Part shown: piece by piece, positions 9,392 to 18,114 of the stretch | How the letters are laid out: the number at the start of each line of letters is the position of its first letter | Position numbering within the stretch: the stretch's first letter is position 1 | From: Candidatus Hadarchaeota archaeon | GTDB lineage: Archaea; Hadarchaeota; Hadarchaeia; Hadarchaeales; Hadarchaeaceae | DNA length: 26,658 nucleotides | NCBI GenBank assembly: GCA_040755315.1 | Contig: JBFMBF010000016.1 | Location: 1-26,658, forward strand | Direction of reading: 5' to 3' | Made by a program: the position numbers and the translations under genes | The notes under the pieces: generated by a model | What the model was told of the DNA's origin: nothing | What the model saw: only the letters and a program-made list of their open reading frames with translations | Databases searched by the model: none

Positions 9392-9585
9392 GCGGGGAAA
9401 AGCCAGTCATCAAGGCCAAACCTTGGCTCAAGGGCCTGGGGGAACCGCGGAGAAACCCAGCGACTGGGGAAGGACGCGGATGGGCGCACTGGCAGCGGTG
9501 CGCTGAGACCAAGTGACTGGAAAAAGATCGACAGACGAAAAGCGCAGCTTGACTGCCACGGAGTAATCTGGCGGTCGAACCCCGT
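9392..9585 (+). ncRNA. Candidate structured non-coding RNA (~194 nt), family unassigned
   Basis: Terminal helix GCGGGG/CCCCGT plus five nested or internal helices, GUAA and GCAG tetraloops, an upstream promoter and a downstream T-run (9595-9600). Confidence 0.65.
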
Positions 9586-11490
9586 TCATGGCAGTTTTTT
9601 CAACCTTTCAAGCTCGTTTGCCACGTCTCCGAGGCCGAGCTCCTCCAGCCTCGCCCGCGGGATCCATCCTGTATTCCAGTCCCACTGTCGGAGCTGGTAG
9701 TACTCCGGAAGCATGTAGTCTAGCTCCACGACATGGCCCCTTGGAGGGCCCTCCGGTGCCGGAGATTTTATCATTCGAGAAGGCAGCCTGTCATCCTTGC
9801 GGGTAACTCCCTCTCGAATGTTGAACGCCCTCTCAAGCGAAAATATCCGGGCACCTGTCGTGAAGAGAGAGCTGGCCGTGTGCTTGATGCCGGTGACGGC
9901 GGTGAGGGCCCTTGCGTAATCTTCAAAGTAGAAGACGGGCGGCCAGCAGGCGCCGAACTTGCAGGTCACGAGGGAGTCCACGACTGCGCAGAAGTTCTCC
10001 CCGTCCCTGACCATCAGCGCCTTGTACTTTGGGTTCAAGCGGTCGGCACCCTCGGGCATGACCTTCTTTCCGAACCTTCGCTCTATCTCCTCGACGAAGC
10101 CGACCTCGCTCAGGACCTCGAAAGATGTGAGGTGGTCCGCTCCCCTGTTTGCGGTGGCGTGGGAGAGCCCCATGGACTTCTGGGCCCGCCCGTCCTGCGC
10201 TGGCTCGTCCATCCCCTTGACGGTCATGTTGAACTCCTCGGTGGCAGGGCCGAGCCTCTTGGCGAGCCTGTCGGTCCCCTCGGCCAGCAGGTTCCCGAAG
10301 CCTTCCCGCCTCACCAGCTTTTCTATACACTCGATTATCGCTTCCGCATTGCCCCAGCTCAAGTCTATCCCGCCCGTGTCCGCTTTCTTCAGGAGTCCCC
10401 GCTCGTAGCACTCCATGGCGAATGCGATAACCCCCCCGCAGGAGATCGTATCGAGGCCGTAGATGTTGCAGAGCCTGTTGGCGTAGAGTATGGCCTCCAT
10501 GTCCGAGTTCCCGCACCTCCCGCCCAAACTTGAAAGGGTCTCGTACTCGACTTTCCCCTCAAGCGGCCTGCCCCCCGCATTGTTTTTCAGGAAGCACTCA
10601 CAGCGGAGCGGGCAGCCGAAGCACGCGCGATCCCTCAGCTTGAAGTCCCTGACTATTTTTTCGCCGCCTATCTCGTGCGCCATGTCGAAGACGCCGCTTT
10701 GGAAGTTCCTAGTGGGGAAGCGGCCTATCTCGTTCATGAGTTCCACGAGTATGGTTGTCCCGTACTTTGTGGTGGAAGCGGAGAACTTGTGTGAAACAAC
10801 CCTTTTCCTTCCTTCGGTAGCCAGCTTTGAGAACTCGTCCAGGTCGGCGATGGGGACGCTGAAGTCGCCCCTGACGGAGATGGCCTTCAGGTTCTTGGAC
10901 CCCATGACGGCGCCAGGGCCCGTGCGGGCGGCCGAGCGGTAGTCGTGCATGATGGCGGCGAATCTGACGAGGTTTTCTCCCGCTTGCCCGATGGAGACCA
11001 CCTCGCAGCCGTCCCCCTTTTCCTCCCGGAGCATCTGCTCGGTCTCGAGGGCGTCCCGACCCCAGAGCCTCTCCGCGCTTTTCAGCTGGGCCGCGCCGTT
11101 CTCCACATCCAGATAAACCGGCTTTTCCGCCCTGCCGTGAACCACGATGGCGTCGAAGCCGGAGTACTTCAGCTCTGAGCCCCAGTGGCCCCCTGAGTTA
11201 GCTTCGCCGTAGAGTCCCGTCAGGGGGGACTTCGCCGCTACCTCGTACCTTCCAGTCTGGGACCAGGTTGTCCCGTTAAGCGGGCCGGTGGCGAATATCA
11301 GGACATTTTCTGGGCCGAGGGAGTCTATCCCCGGCTTTAGGAGGTTGAAGAGGAGCCTGGTGCAGAGGCCGTTCCCCCCGATGTAGTTCATGGCGAGCTC
11401 TTTGTCGAGCTTTTGCTGCACAGCTTTTCCGCGGGTCAGGTCGACTTCCAGCACTTTTCCCATGTAGCCTCCTATTCTGTACTCAGCCAT
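9586..11490 (-). CDS. aor: Tungsten-dependent aldehyde:ferredoxin oxidoreductase family protein
   Basis: GYMGKVLEVDLT, KSPLTG, SIGQAGENLVRFA, GAVMGSKNLKAI, CFGCPLRC, EYET, GLDTIS and RGADH motifs. Confidence 0.96.
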   Translation of the reverse strand: MAEYRIGGYMGKVLEVDLTRGKAVQQKLDKELAMNYIGGNGLCTRLLFNLLKPGIDSLGPENVLIFATGPLNGTTWSQTGRYEVAAKSPLTGLYGEANSGGHWGSELKYSGFDAIVVHGRAEKPVYLDVENGAAQLKSAERLWGRDALETEQMLREEKGDGCEVVSIGQAGENLVRFAAIMHDYRSAARTGPGAVMGSKNLKAISVRGDFSVPIADLDEFSKLATEGRKRVVSHKFSASTTKYGTTILVELMNEIGRFPTRNFQSGVFDMAHEIGGEKIVRDFKLRDRACFGCPLRCECFLKNNAGGRPLEGKVEYETLSSLGGRCGNSDMEAILYANRLCNIYGLDTISCGGVIAFAMECYERGLLKKADTGGIDLSWGNAEAIIECIEKLVRREGFGNLLAEGTDRLAKRLGPATEEFNMTVKGMDEPAQDGRAQKSMGLSHATANRGADHLTSFEVLSEVGFVEEIERRFGKKVMPEGADRLNPKYKALMVRDGENFCAVVDSLVTCKFGACWPPVFYFEDYARALTAVTGIKHTASSLFTTGARIFSLERAFNIREGVTRKDDRLPSRMIKSPAPEGPPRGHVVELDYMLPEYYQLRQWDWNTGWIPRARLEELGLGDVANELERLKKLP

Positions 11491-11601
11491 GCGCTCGTGG
11501 AGGGTTGTTCCGGAAGGCGTAAAAATTTACCGCCGAGGACAAGCGCCTGACGAACGTTCGCAATCGACCGCGATTTTTGTGGTGCACGTGTGTCATACAC
11601 A

Positions 11602-11701
11602 ATGTCAAACGTTTATCACTGAAGCTTGGCATTAAACGGTTTCTCTGATGAGGCATGTCAAACGTTTGTCACGCTACCCCACGATGTCAAACGTTTATCG
11701 C
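11602..11701. repeat. Second triplet of ATGTCAAACGTTT(A/G)TC repeats
   Basis: Copies start at 11602, 11655 and 11684, in the aor/porG divergent region and in the same orientation as the 8.8-kb triplet. Confidence 0.95.
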
Positions 11702-11792
11702 CACCCCCGCATGACACATGTGTACTATCTGTCGGTTCCCACCGCGTTAAAAAGAAAGGCTTAAGCAAACGCCAAATTAGTGTTTTCAGAAA

Positions 11793-12323
11793 ATGATAGA
11801 AGTCAGATTCCACGGCCGGGGAGGCCAAGGCGCCGTGACAGCAGCGCGGCTTTTAGCGGATGCTGCATTTCTGGAAGGCAGGTACAGCCAGGCATTCCCG
11901 TTTTTCGGAGCCGAGAGGCGCGGCGCCCCCGTCGTTGCCTTCACGAGAATAAACAAAAAACCCATCCGCAGCAGGAGCCAGATTTACGAGCCCCACCATG
12001 TCGTCGTGCTCGACCCCCTCCTCCCGCAGGTCGTGAACGTCGCGGCTGGCATCAAAAAGAACGGCATCATCGTGATCAACTCCAAAAACCCGCCGCAGAT
12101 AGAGGGCGCCAGGATAGCTTTCGTCGACGCGACTTCGATAGCGATGGAGACAATCGGCGCCGCAATCACCAACACGGCGATGCTTGGGGCGCTGGCTCGA
12201 GCCACCAACATTGTTTCATTGGACTCGGCAGTGGAAGCCGTCAGGAAAAGGTTCAAGGGGGAAGCCGCAGAAAAAAATGCGGCAGCTGTGATAAAAGCTT
12301 ACGAGCAGACGGTGATTGGATGA
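11793..12323 (+). CDS. porG: Pyruvate/2-ketoisovalerate:ferredoxin oxidoreductase gamma subunit
   Basis: [27 protein letters not shown] and NTAMLGA motifs. Confidence 0.95.
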   Translation: MIEVRFHGRGGQGAVTAARLLADAAFLEGRYSQAFPFFGAERRGAPVVAFTRINKKPIRSRSQIYEPHHVVVLDPLLPQVVNVAAGIKKNGIIVINSKNPPQIEGARIAFVDATSIAMETIGAAITNTAMLGALARATNIVSLDSAVEAVRKRFKGEAAEKNAAAVIKAYEQTVIG

Positions 12324-12589
12324 AAAAGAAACGCAGCATTGTGATAACCGAATCAGGCTCTTCCGAGAAAGTCCACACGGGAAGCTGGAGGACTTTCAAG
12401 CCAGTGATAATTCCCGAGAAGTGCACGGCCTGCTCCCTTTGTTGGCTTTACTGCCCGGAGCCGGCGATAATCAAGGGAAAGCCGCACGCCATAGACTACA
12501 GATACTGCAAGGGGTGCGGAATATGCGCGCGCGAGTGTCCTGTGAAGGCGATAGTGATGGTGAGGGAGAAAGATGAAGCAGCTCCTTGA
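12320..12589 (+). CDS. porD: 2-oxoacid:ferredoxin oxidoreductase delta subunit (2x[4Fe-4S])
   Basis: C-terminal part of track ORF 11780-12589, starting at ATG 12320 (ATGA overlap with porG): [38 protein letters not shown]. Confidence 0.95.
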   Translation: MKKKRSIVITESGSSEKVHTGSWRTFKPVIIPEKCTACSLCWLYCPEPAIIKGKPHAIDYRYCKGCGICARECPVKAIVMVREKDEAAP

Positions 12590-13757
12590 CGGGAACGAGG
12601 CGGCGGCCATCGCGGCCAAGCTTGCCAAGGTTAAGGTAATCTCGGCTTACCCGATAACTCCCCAGACCGTGGTAGTCGAGAAGCTCTCGGAGTTCGTGGC
12701 GAGCGGTGACCTAGAGGCCGAGTTCATAAAGGTGGAGTCCGAGCACAGCGCCATGAGCGCCTGCATAGGGGCGGCCGCGACGGGAGTCAGGACTTTCACG
12801 GCAACGTCTTCACAAGGACTCATGCTGATGAGCGAGATGCTTTTCGTGGCGTCAGGCTTGAGGCTCCCAATAGTGATGACGAACGCCAACAGATCCCTTT
12901 CAGCGCCCCTCTCGATATGGTGCGACCAGCAGGACTCGATGGCCGTCAGGGACGCCGGCTGGATTCAGCTCTATTGTGAGGACAACCAGGAAATAATCGA
13001 CACTACCATCCAGGCCTTCAAGATAGCGGAGGAAACTTTAGTGCCCGTGATGGTCTGTTATGATGGGTACATCCTTTCCCATACGGCTGAGCCGGTCGAG
13101 GTGCCGGAGCAGCATGAAGTGGATGGTTTCCTCCCGCCATACAACTACCCGACCCCTCTCAATCCCGAGCGCCCTGTGACAATGGGGGCGGTGGGAGTGC
13201 CTGACTACTATACGGAGTTCAGGTACGTGCTCCAGAAGGCCGTGATGGACTCGAAGGAGACAATTCTGAATGTCGGTCGCGAGTTCAAGAAAAAGTTTGG
13301 GAGAGGGCACGGCCTTGTGGAGAAGTACAGGAGTGATGATGCAAAAATAATAGTTGTGACGGCAGGGTCGCTGGCTGGCACCGTGAAAGACGTCGTGGAC
13401 AAGTACAGGAAGAAGGGCAGTAAGATTGGGCTTGTACGGGTGAGAAGCTTCAGGCCATTCCCAGATGAAGAACTGGTTGAAGCAATCGGAGACGCAAAAG
13501 CAGTCGCTGTAATCGAGAAAGACATTTCGCTGGGGTCGGCGGGCGCTCTTTATCTTGATGTCGTGGCTGCGCTTTCAAAAGTCAAGTCGCCCCCGATGGC
13601 GCTCAACTTCATCTGTGGGCTCGGAGGCAGGGATGTTTCGCCGCTTCAGATAAGGACAGCTGTCAAAGAAACTGCGAAAGCGGCCGAAAAGAGAAAGGTC
13701 AAGCAGTCCGTCAGGTGGCTCGGACTCAGGGAAAAAGAGGTAGGGTTAGAAGAATGA
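12573..13757 (+). CDS. porA: Pyruvate:ferredoxin oxidoreductase alpha subunit
   Basis: [25 protein letters not shown] and RSFRPFP motifs. Confidence 0.95.
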   Translation: MKQLLDGNEAAAIAAKLAKVKVISAYPITPQTVVVEKLSEFVASGDLEAEFIKVESEHSAMSACIGAAATGVRTFTATSSQGLMLMSEMLFVASGLRLPIVMTNANRSLSAPLSIWCDQQDSMAVRDAGWIQLYCEDNQEIIDTTIQAFKIAEETLVPVMVCYDGYILSHTAEPVEVPEQHEVDGFLPPYNYPTPLNPERPVTMGAVGVPDYYTEFRYVLQKAVMDSKETILNVGREFKKKFGRGHGLVEKYRSDDAKIIVVTAGSLAGTVKDVVDKYRKKGSKIGLVRVRSFRPFPDEELVEAIGDAKAVAVIEKDISLGSAGALYLDVVAALSKVKSPPMALNFICGLGGRDVSPLQIRTAVKETAKAAEKRKVKQSVRWLGLREKEVGLEE

Positions 13758-14626
13758 AGGAGATACCTGAGGCCGAACTCTTCGCACCGGGGCACACGGC
13801 GTGCGCCGGGTGCGGGTGTGTTTTGGGAATCCGCCACATTTTGAAGGCGCTCGGGAAAGATGTTGTTGTGAGCATGGCGACCGGCTGCATGGAAGTCATC
13901 TCCTCCCCCTACCCCCAGACCTCCTGGAGGGTGCCGTGGATTCACGTGGCTTTTGAAAATGCCGCCGCGGTCGCCTCCGGTGTTTCCAGGGCCTTGAAGG
14001 TCCTCGGCAAGAGTAACGTGAAGGCGGTGGCAATTGCAGGGGACGGCGGCACCGCCGATATCGGGCTCCAGGCCCTTTCTGGCGCGGTGGAGCGCGGCGA
14101 GGACATGGTTTACATCTGCTACGATAACGAGGCTTATGAAAATACGGGCATTCAGAGAAGCGGCGCGACGCCATTTGGCGCATGGACCACAACCACCCCC
14201 ATCAGCAAACTCAGCCGGGGTGAAGACCGACCGAAGAAAGATATCCCCGCGATCATAGCTGTCCACGGTGCACCTTACGTCGCAACCGCTTCCGTTGCCT
14301 ACCCGCTAGACCTGATAAAAAAGGTCAAAAAAGCCGTTTCAATAAAGGGCCCGTCTTACATCCATGTTCAGGCGCCATGCACCCCAGGCTGGCGAATAGA
14401 GCCAGACAGGACAATCGAGGTCGCGCGACTTTCTGTCCTGACCGGAGCATGGATCCTCTACGAGATTGAAAACGGGAAGCCGAGCGTCACTTTCAAACCC
14501 CCAAAAAGAAGGCCCGTCGCTGAATACCTGAAGATTCAGGGCAGGTACAGGCACCTGACCGAGAAAGACATCGCGGAGATACAGAAGATGGTGGACGACC
14601 AGTGCAAGAAGTTGGGCATAGAGTGA
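13754..14626 (+). CDS. porB: Pyruvate:ferredoxin oxidoreductase beta subunit
   Basis: [20 protein letters not shown]-binding [24 protein letters not shown] 13754 overlaps the porA stop. Confidence 0.95.
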   Translation: MKEIPEAELFAPGHTACAGCGCVLGIRHILKALGKDVVVSMATGCMEVISSPYPQTSWRVPWIHVAFENAAAVASGVSRALKVLGKSNVKAVAIAGDGGTADIGLQALSGAVERGEDMVYICYDNEAYENTGIQRSGATPFGAWTTTTPISKLSRGEDRPKKDIPAIIAVHGAPYVATASVAYPLDLIKKVKKAVSIKGPSYIHVQAPCTPGWRIEPDRTIEVARLSVLTGAWILYEIENGKPSVTFKPPKRRPVAEYLKIQGRYRHLTEKDIAEIQKMVDDQCKKLGIE

Positions 14627-14644
14627 AAGGCAGTATTTCCAGCT

Positions 14645-15244
14645 TCACCTGCTGACAGCATCAACTATTACGAGGAACGAGTTGTAAGAGTTGTGAGCAA
14701 ACAGGGCGCCGCCCAGGCCGACCTTAAGGTAACAGATTCCCAGAAGTATGCTTGAGGGGACGAGCGTCAAGACAAAGGGGAGGTATGTGCCGGGGTTGGA
14801 CAGGTGAAACGCGGCGAACAGGAGCGAGGAGGAAAACACGGCGAACGCCTTGGACCTGCCGCGCCTGATGAGTTCATCTATGAGGATGGCCCGGAAAACC
14901 CATTCCTCAAACACTGGCAGGATGTTAGCAGCTATCAGGACAAGCCACGGGTAGTCCTGCTGGATCTGCGTGAAGGGGTACTCCTCCGGGTTGACCAAGG
15001 GGGTTCCAATCTGGTAAAAATAATTTGAAATGATGTTGGTTATAACAAGAGAAGCCGCAGCCACCCATAGAGCCACTGTGATGAGCCTGACCCACTGCGA
15101 CTTTTTCATCCTCCTTGCAGCCCTCAACCAGAAGCGCGGCCGGAGGCGTTCGAGGTGAAAGGGCCTAGAGGCGACAACCATTCCCACCAGAATGCCGAGC
15201 AGGATGCCGGGCGCGAGAATTCTGACGATGTCTACCAGGTCCAA
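14645..15244 (-). CDS. CPBP/CAAX (Abi) intramembrane glutamic protease
   Basis: PVFEEWVFR, FAAFH and AHNSYN motifs. Confidence 0.88.
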   Translation of the reverse strand: MDLVDIVRILAPGILLGILVGMVVASRPFHLERLRPRFWLRAARRMKKSQWVRLITVALWVAAASLVITNIISNYFYQIGTPLVNPEEYPFTQIQQDYPWLVLIAANILPVFEEWVFRAILIDELIRRGRSKAFAVFSSSLLFAAFHLSNPGTYLPFVLTLVPSSILLGICYLKVGLGGALFAHNSYNSFLVIVDAVSR

Positions 15245-15255
15245 AGCATTGCCTC

Positions 15256-15588
15256 CTATTTTTTCGTTAGCTTCAGCTTTTCAAGGGCTTCCAGAGTTGA
15301 CTTTATGCTTTCCAGAATCGCCGCAGTCTTGGTGTGATCAGTTTCTTTTGCAAGCTGCTCAGAAAGGGTGTCGAGCTTCGCGTTCAGGGCCGCCTCGACC
15401 TTCTTCAGTGGGGAAGTTTCCGCGCCGGCTTTCGGCGCCTGCGGCTTAGTCTCCGCCCCACAAATGGGGCAAAGAACCTGCCCCTTGAATTCAAAAAGTG
15501 GGCTCATGCACTTCCCACAGTGGACCCCCAGCATCTTTCCCCCGGAAAGCAGCATTTCCGTTATTTTCGAAAGTCTCTCTTCCTCCAT
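15256..15588 (-). CDS. UPF0148 / Sjogren's autoantigen p27-like zinc-ribbon protein
   Basis: From ATG 15588: LLSGGKMLGVHCGKCMSPLF...CPICG followed by a helical tail. The track's longer N-terminus is a shadow of the opposite-strand gene. Confidence 0.85.
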   Translation of the reverse strand: MEEERLSKITEMLLSGGKMLGVHCGKCMSPLFEFKGQVLCPICGAETKPQAPKAGAETSPLKKVEAALNAKLDTLSEQLAKETDHTKTAAILESIKSTLEALEKLKLTKK

Positions 15589-15652
15589 CCTCTCAAAACC
15601 CTTATGAAGGCCCACTCTAAAAGTTAGTTGACTGCCATGGCAGGTGTCGCAA

Positions 15653-15907
15653 ATGTCATTCGAAGAAAAACTGAAACAGGTGGTAGACATAATGACGCGC
15701 GTCAGCGGAGATACCACAGTCCCCCGCAACATCCGGAGGGCTGCCAGCGAAGCCAAGGTAGCCCTTCTGAAAAAAGATGAGGACCCGGTGGTCAGGGCCG
15801 CTTCGGCAAGAATAACTCTTGAAGAGATAAGCAACGATTCCAATATGCCGATCCACGCCAGGACTCAGATATGGAACGCCCTGAGTATTCTGGAAACAAT
15901 AAAGTGA
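15653..15907 (+). CDS. UPF0147 family archaeal protein
   Basis: DTTVPRNIRRAA..LEEISNDSNMPIHARTQIWN motif; AGGTG SD before ATG 15653. Confidence 0.9.
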   Translation: MSFEEKLKQVVDIMTRVSGDTTVPRNIRRAASEAKVALLKKDEDPVVRAASARITLEEISNDSNMPIHARTQIWNALSILETIK

Positions 15908-16002
15908 GGGTTTGATTGGGATTAACAGACTCCGCTGGACATAAACAGGCATGATAAGCAGTCACGACTGTCGATACCGTCAGCGGGTTTTTCCAGAGCT
16001 AA

Positions 16003-16590
16003 TCATTCGATTGTCGCGTGGCGGGCCTTCAGATCCTCTTCCTTCTTCCCCAGCTTCACCATCATTGCGGCGATGACTCCATCTAGGAAAACCATCACGC
16101 CCACCTCAAAGAGAGTCCCGAGGGGCGCCAGGGGAGCATATTCCCCGAACAGCTCACGCTTCATGTAATCGGCTATGGCCGCAACCTCCTTTCTCCCCGG
16201 GAGGGTCACAACTACATCTGCGAGACGAGCAAGCGGGGACTTTGGGTAAGATGTCACGGCGATTATCTTGGCCCCTATTTTTTTGCCGATTTTTGCGGTT
16301 TCGACTATCAACTCAGTTTCTCCGGACCCCGAAATGGCAAGCAGGGTGTCATTGCCCTTGAGTGCAGGAGTGATTGTCTCCCCGATCACATAAACATCCA
16401 TCCCAAGGTGCATCAGCCTCATCACGAAGGCCTTGGCGACCAAACCTGACCTTCCGGCCCCGACAACGAAAACCCTTTTTGACTTCAGGAGAGTGTCTAT
16501 GAACTGCTCTACTTCATGCACCTTCATGTTCTTCTGGAGCGACTGTATGTGCTCCAAAATTTCGCTCATGGCGCGTTTAGTGTCTTCCAT
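16003..16590 (-). CDS. hxlB: 6-phospho-3-hexuloisomerase (SIS domain)
   Basis: GAGRSG..AFVMRLMHLG, GETITP, ISGSGET, APLGTLFE and RHATIE motifs. Confidence 0.93.
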   Translation of the reverse strand: MEDTKRAMSEILEHIQSLQKNMKVHEVEQFIDTLLKSKRVFVVGAGRSGLVAKAFVMRLMHLGMDVYVIGETITPALKGNDTLLAISGSGETELIVETAKIGKKIGAKIIAVTSYPKSPLARLADVVVTLPGRKEVAAIADYMKRELFGEYAPLAPLGTLFEVGVMVFLDGVIAAMMVKLGKKEEDLKARHATIE

Positions 16591-16641
16591 CGCACCACAA
16601 AAATACTAGCTTCCGGGTGGTTTTAAACCTGCACCCAGCCT

Positions 16642-17244
16642 TCAGCGCCTCTCCTCAGGCCCCTTTTTTGTGGGAGGCCTAACGAAGATGTTGTACTTGT
16701 CCTTTCCTTCAAGCTCCATCTCGACCCTCTTGGCGATCAGTGCTTTCGGGTTGGCGAGCCCCTTCACGCGCCTTTCCAAGTCGTCGAAGTCGGCGAATGG
16801 CCCCTTGTCCCTCTCCTCAATGATGGCCCACATGAGCTTTTTTCCTATGCCTGGAATCAATTCAAGCTGGTGGAATCTAGTCGTAAGCGGCCCCGCCCGG
16901 TTGAAAAAGTCTATGAATCTCTCGGGTGAAGCGCCGACGATGGTCTGGATGGCAACCTGCAGCTCCCCCTTCGCGGTTGTGGTCAGCTCGTCATACCCAA
17001 CCCTTCGCTTTATCCTCTCTACTTTTTCCCTCGCCTCTTTCCCGATGTAGATCTTCTCCTGCGGGGCGAAAGTCGTCCCGGGCAGCTGGACCACTTCAAG
17101 TAGGGTGAAAAAAGTGTCCCCAATGACCTGAAGTATCGGCTCCCGCAAGTGGATGGGCCGGGGGTCGTTCGGGTGGCCCTGGGGCAGGACATCAAGAACT
17201 ACTGCTCTATCTTCGTACTTCTTCTCGGACAAGGCAGTCACCAA
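16642..17244 (-). CDS. DUF655 family putative RNA-binding protein
   Basis: VLDVLPQG, FTLLEV, PLTTRFHQLELIPGIGKK; conserved position downstream of rpo4. Confidence 0.92.
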   Translation of the reverse strand: MVTALSEKKYEDRAVVLDVLPQGHPNDPRPIHLREPILQVIGDTFFTLLEVVQLPGTTFAPQEKIYIGKEAREKVERIKRRVGYDELTTTAKGELQVAIQTIVGASPERFIDFFNRAGPLTTRFHQLELIPGIGKKLMWAIIEERDKGPFADFDDLERRVKGLANPKALIAKRVEMELEGKDKYNIFVRPPTKKGPEERR

Positions 17245-17252
17245 TCAGGCAT

Positions 17253-17594
17253 TTATTTGCCGTATTTCTCGACTATCTCGAGGATTTTCTTGACGTCGCC
17301 TTCCTCGAGCTTCGTCCTTTCCTTCAGAAAGAGGAGTTCCAGATCCTCCTTGGTTTCAGGCATTATGTTGACGATGGAGACGACCTGGTGGTCCTTGAGG
17401 TTGCCGAGCTTCAGCAACTCCTCCACCATCTCTCCAGCTTTTTTGGATTCCAGTTTGGCGAACTTCTGCGCATAGTCATAAGCCAGCCTCTGGGTGTAGT
17501 CGAGGTCCCCCTTCTTCTTCTCCTTCTCTAGGGTCTCAAGGACCTCCGCCAGGGAGACCGGCTTTTCAGCAGTGACTTGTTTTCCCACCATCAT
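17253..17594 (-). CDS. rpo4: RNA polymerase subunit Rpo4 (RpoF)
   Basis: LDYTQRLAYDYAQKFAKL..IVNIMPET..; conserved rpl21e-rpoF-DUF655 order. Confidence 0.92.
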   Translation of the reverse strand: MMVGKQVTAEKPVSLAEVLETLEKEKKKGDLDYTQRLAYDYAQKFAKLESKKAGEMVEELLKLGNLKDHQVVSIVNIMPETKEDLELLFLKERTKLEEGDVKKILEIVEKYGK

Positions 17595-17884
17595 CTCACC
17601 CTTTTAAGGTGTTCTGGGCCTGAAATAACCTTTTTTGTTTTCCCGCCGTCGCTCACCCCGACCACATATCCCCTGCCGACCTTCGCCTCTATAACCCCAA
17701 TCCTACCATGGTACCGGTGGTGGGGCTGTCCCTTGGTGACGCTGGGTTCTATGATTACCGCCACCCTCGCCCCGAGCGGGAGCTCCTGGATGGCCCTGAT
17801 CACGGAAGTCTGGCCACGCTCGCGCGGGCGTTTCATGAACTTCCCGCGCCCCTTGCTCTTCAGTCCCTTTGAACGTCTAGCCAT
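17591..17884 (-). CDS. rpl21e: 50S ribosomal protein eL21
   Basis: RSKG, IEPSVTKGQPHHRYHGRIG and GGKTKKVISGPEHL motifs. Confidence 0.95.
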   Translation of the reverse strand: MARRSKGLKSKGRGKFMKRPRERGQTSVIRAIQELPLGARVAVIIEPSVTKGQPHHRYHGRIGVIEAKVGRGYVVGVSDGGKTKKVISGPEHLKRVR

Positions 17885-17921
17885 CAAAACACCAGAGATG
17901 TCTCCTCACGAGTCTATAAAA

Positions 17922-18041
17922 TCAGCCTAGTCTGCCCATCTTGCGCTGCTTGATCCTGCGCATCTTCCGCCGCATCCTCTTCCTGACCCACTTCCATCTC
18001 ATGCGGCCCTTTTTTTTCCATTTTCGTGGTCTTTTCCCGAT
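17922..18041 (-). CDS. rpl41e: Ribosomal protein eL41 (eS32), 39 aa, apparent ATC start
   Basis: Not in the track. Hand translation: (M)[38 protein letters not shown]. The first ATG is at 18002, and a G-rich SD lies upstream of the ATC at 18041. Confidence 0.88.
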   Translation of the reverse strand: MGKRPRKWKKKGRMRWKWVRKRMRRKMRRIKQRKMGRLG

Positions 18042-18114
18042 TTGAATTCCCCCTGTTTATCACGTATTCTAATCAATATATCAAGCTTTTGAGCCTTCCT
18101 AACAATCGAAAAAC

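Noticed and set aside
9436..9460. Archaeal SECIS for the upstream TGA (GAA...A inside a stem)
   Set aside because: GAA-CCGCGG-A leaves no room for the apical loop, the TGA context favours Trp rather than Cys, and a promoter separates the element from the gene.
9388..9590. Group I intron, RNase P RNA, SAM-I or cobalamin riboswitch identity for the structured RNA
   Set aside because: Only short fragments match (TTGCGGGGAA..CGCAGC; GAAACCCAGCGAC; ACTGGGGAAGG). P7, P4 and the other core motifs are missing or out of order, and there is no downstream same-strand gene.
9383..9700. 105-aa plus-strand ORF behind the TATA box
   Set aside because: No recognisable protein features, it overlaps aor antisense by 115 bp, and its ATG lies upstream of the predicted transcription start. 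Not absolutely excluded.
11602..11763. Repeats read as MSNV(Y) micro-ORFs
   Set aside because: The ATG is simply part of the palindrome; the ORFs have inconsistent lengths and no SD.
11780..12319. N-terminal 180 aa of the 269-aa track ORF
   Set aside because: Alternative-frame shadow of porG; only the part from ATG 12320 (porD) is real.
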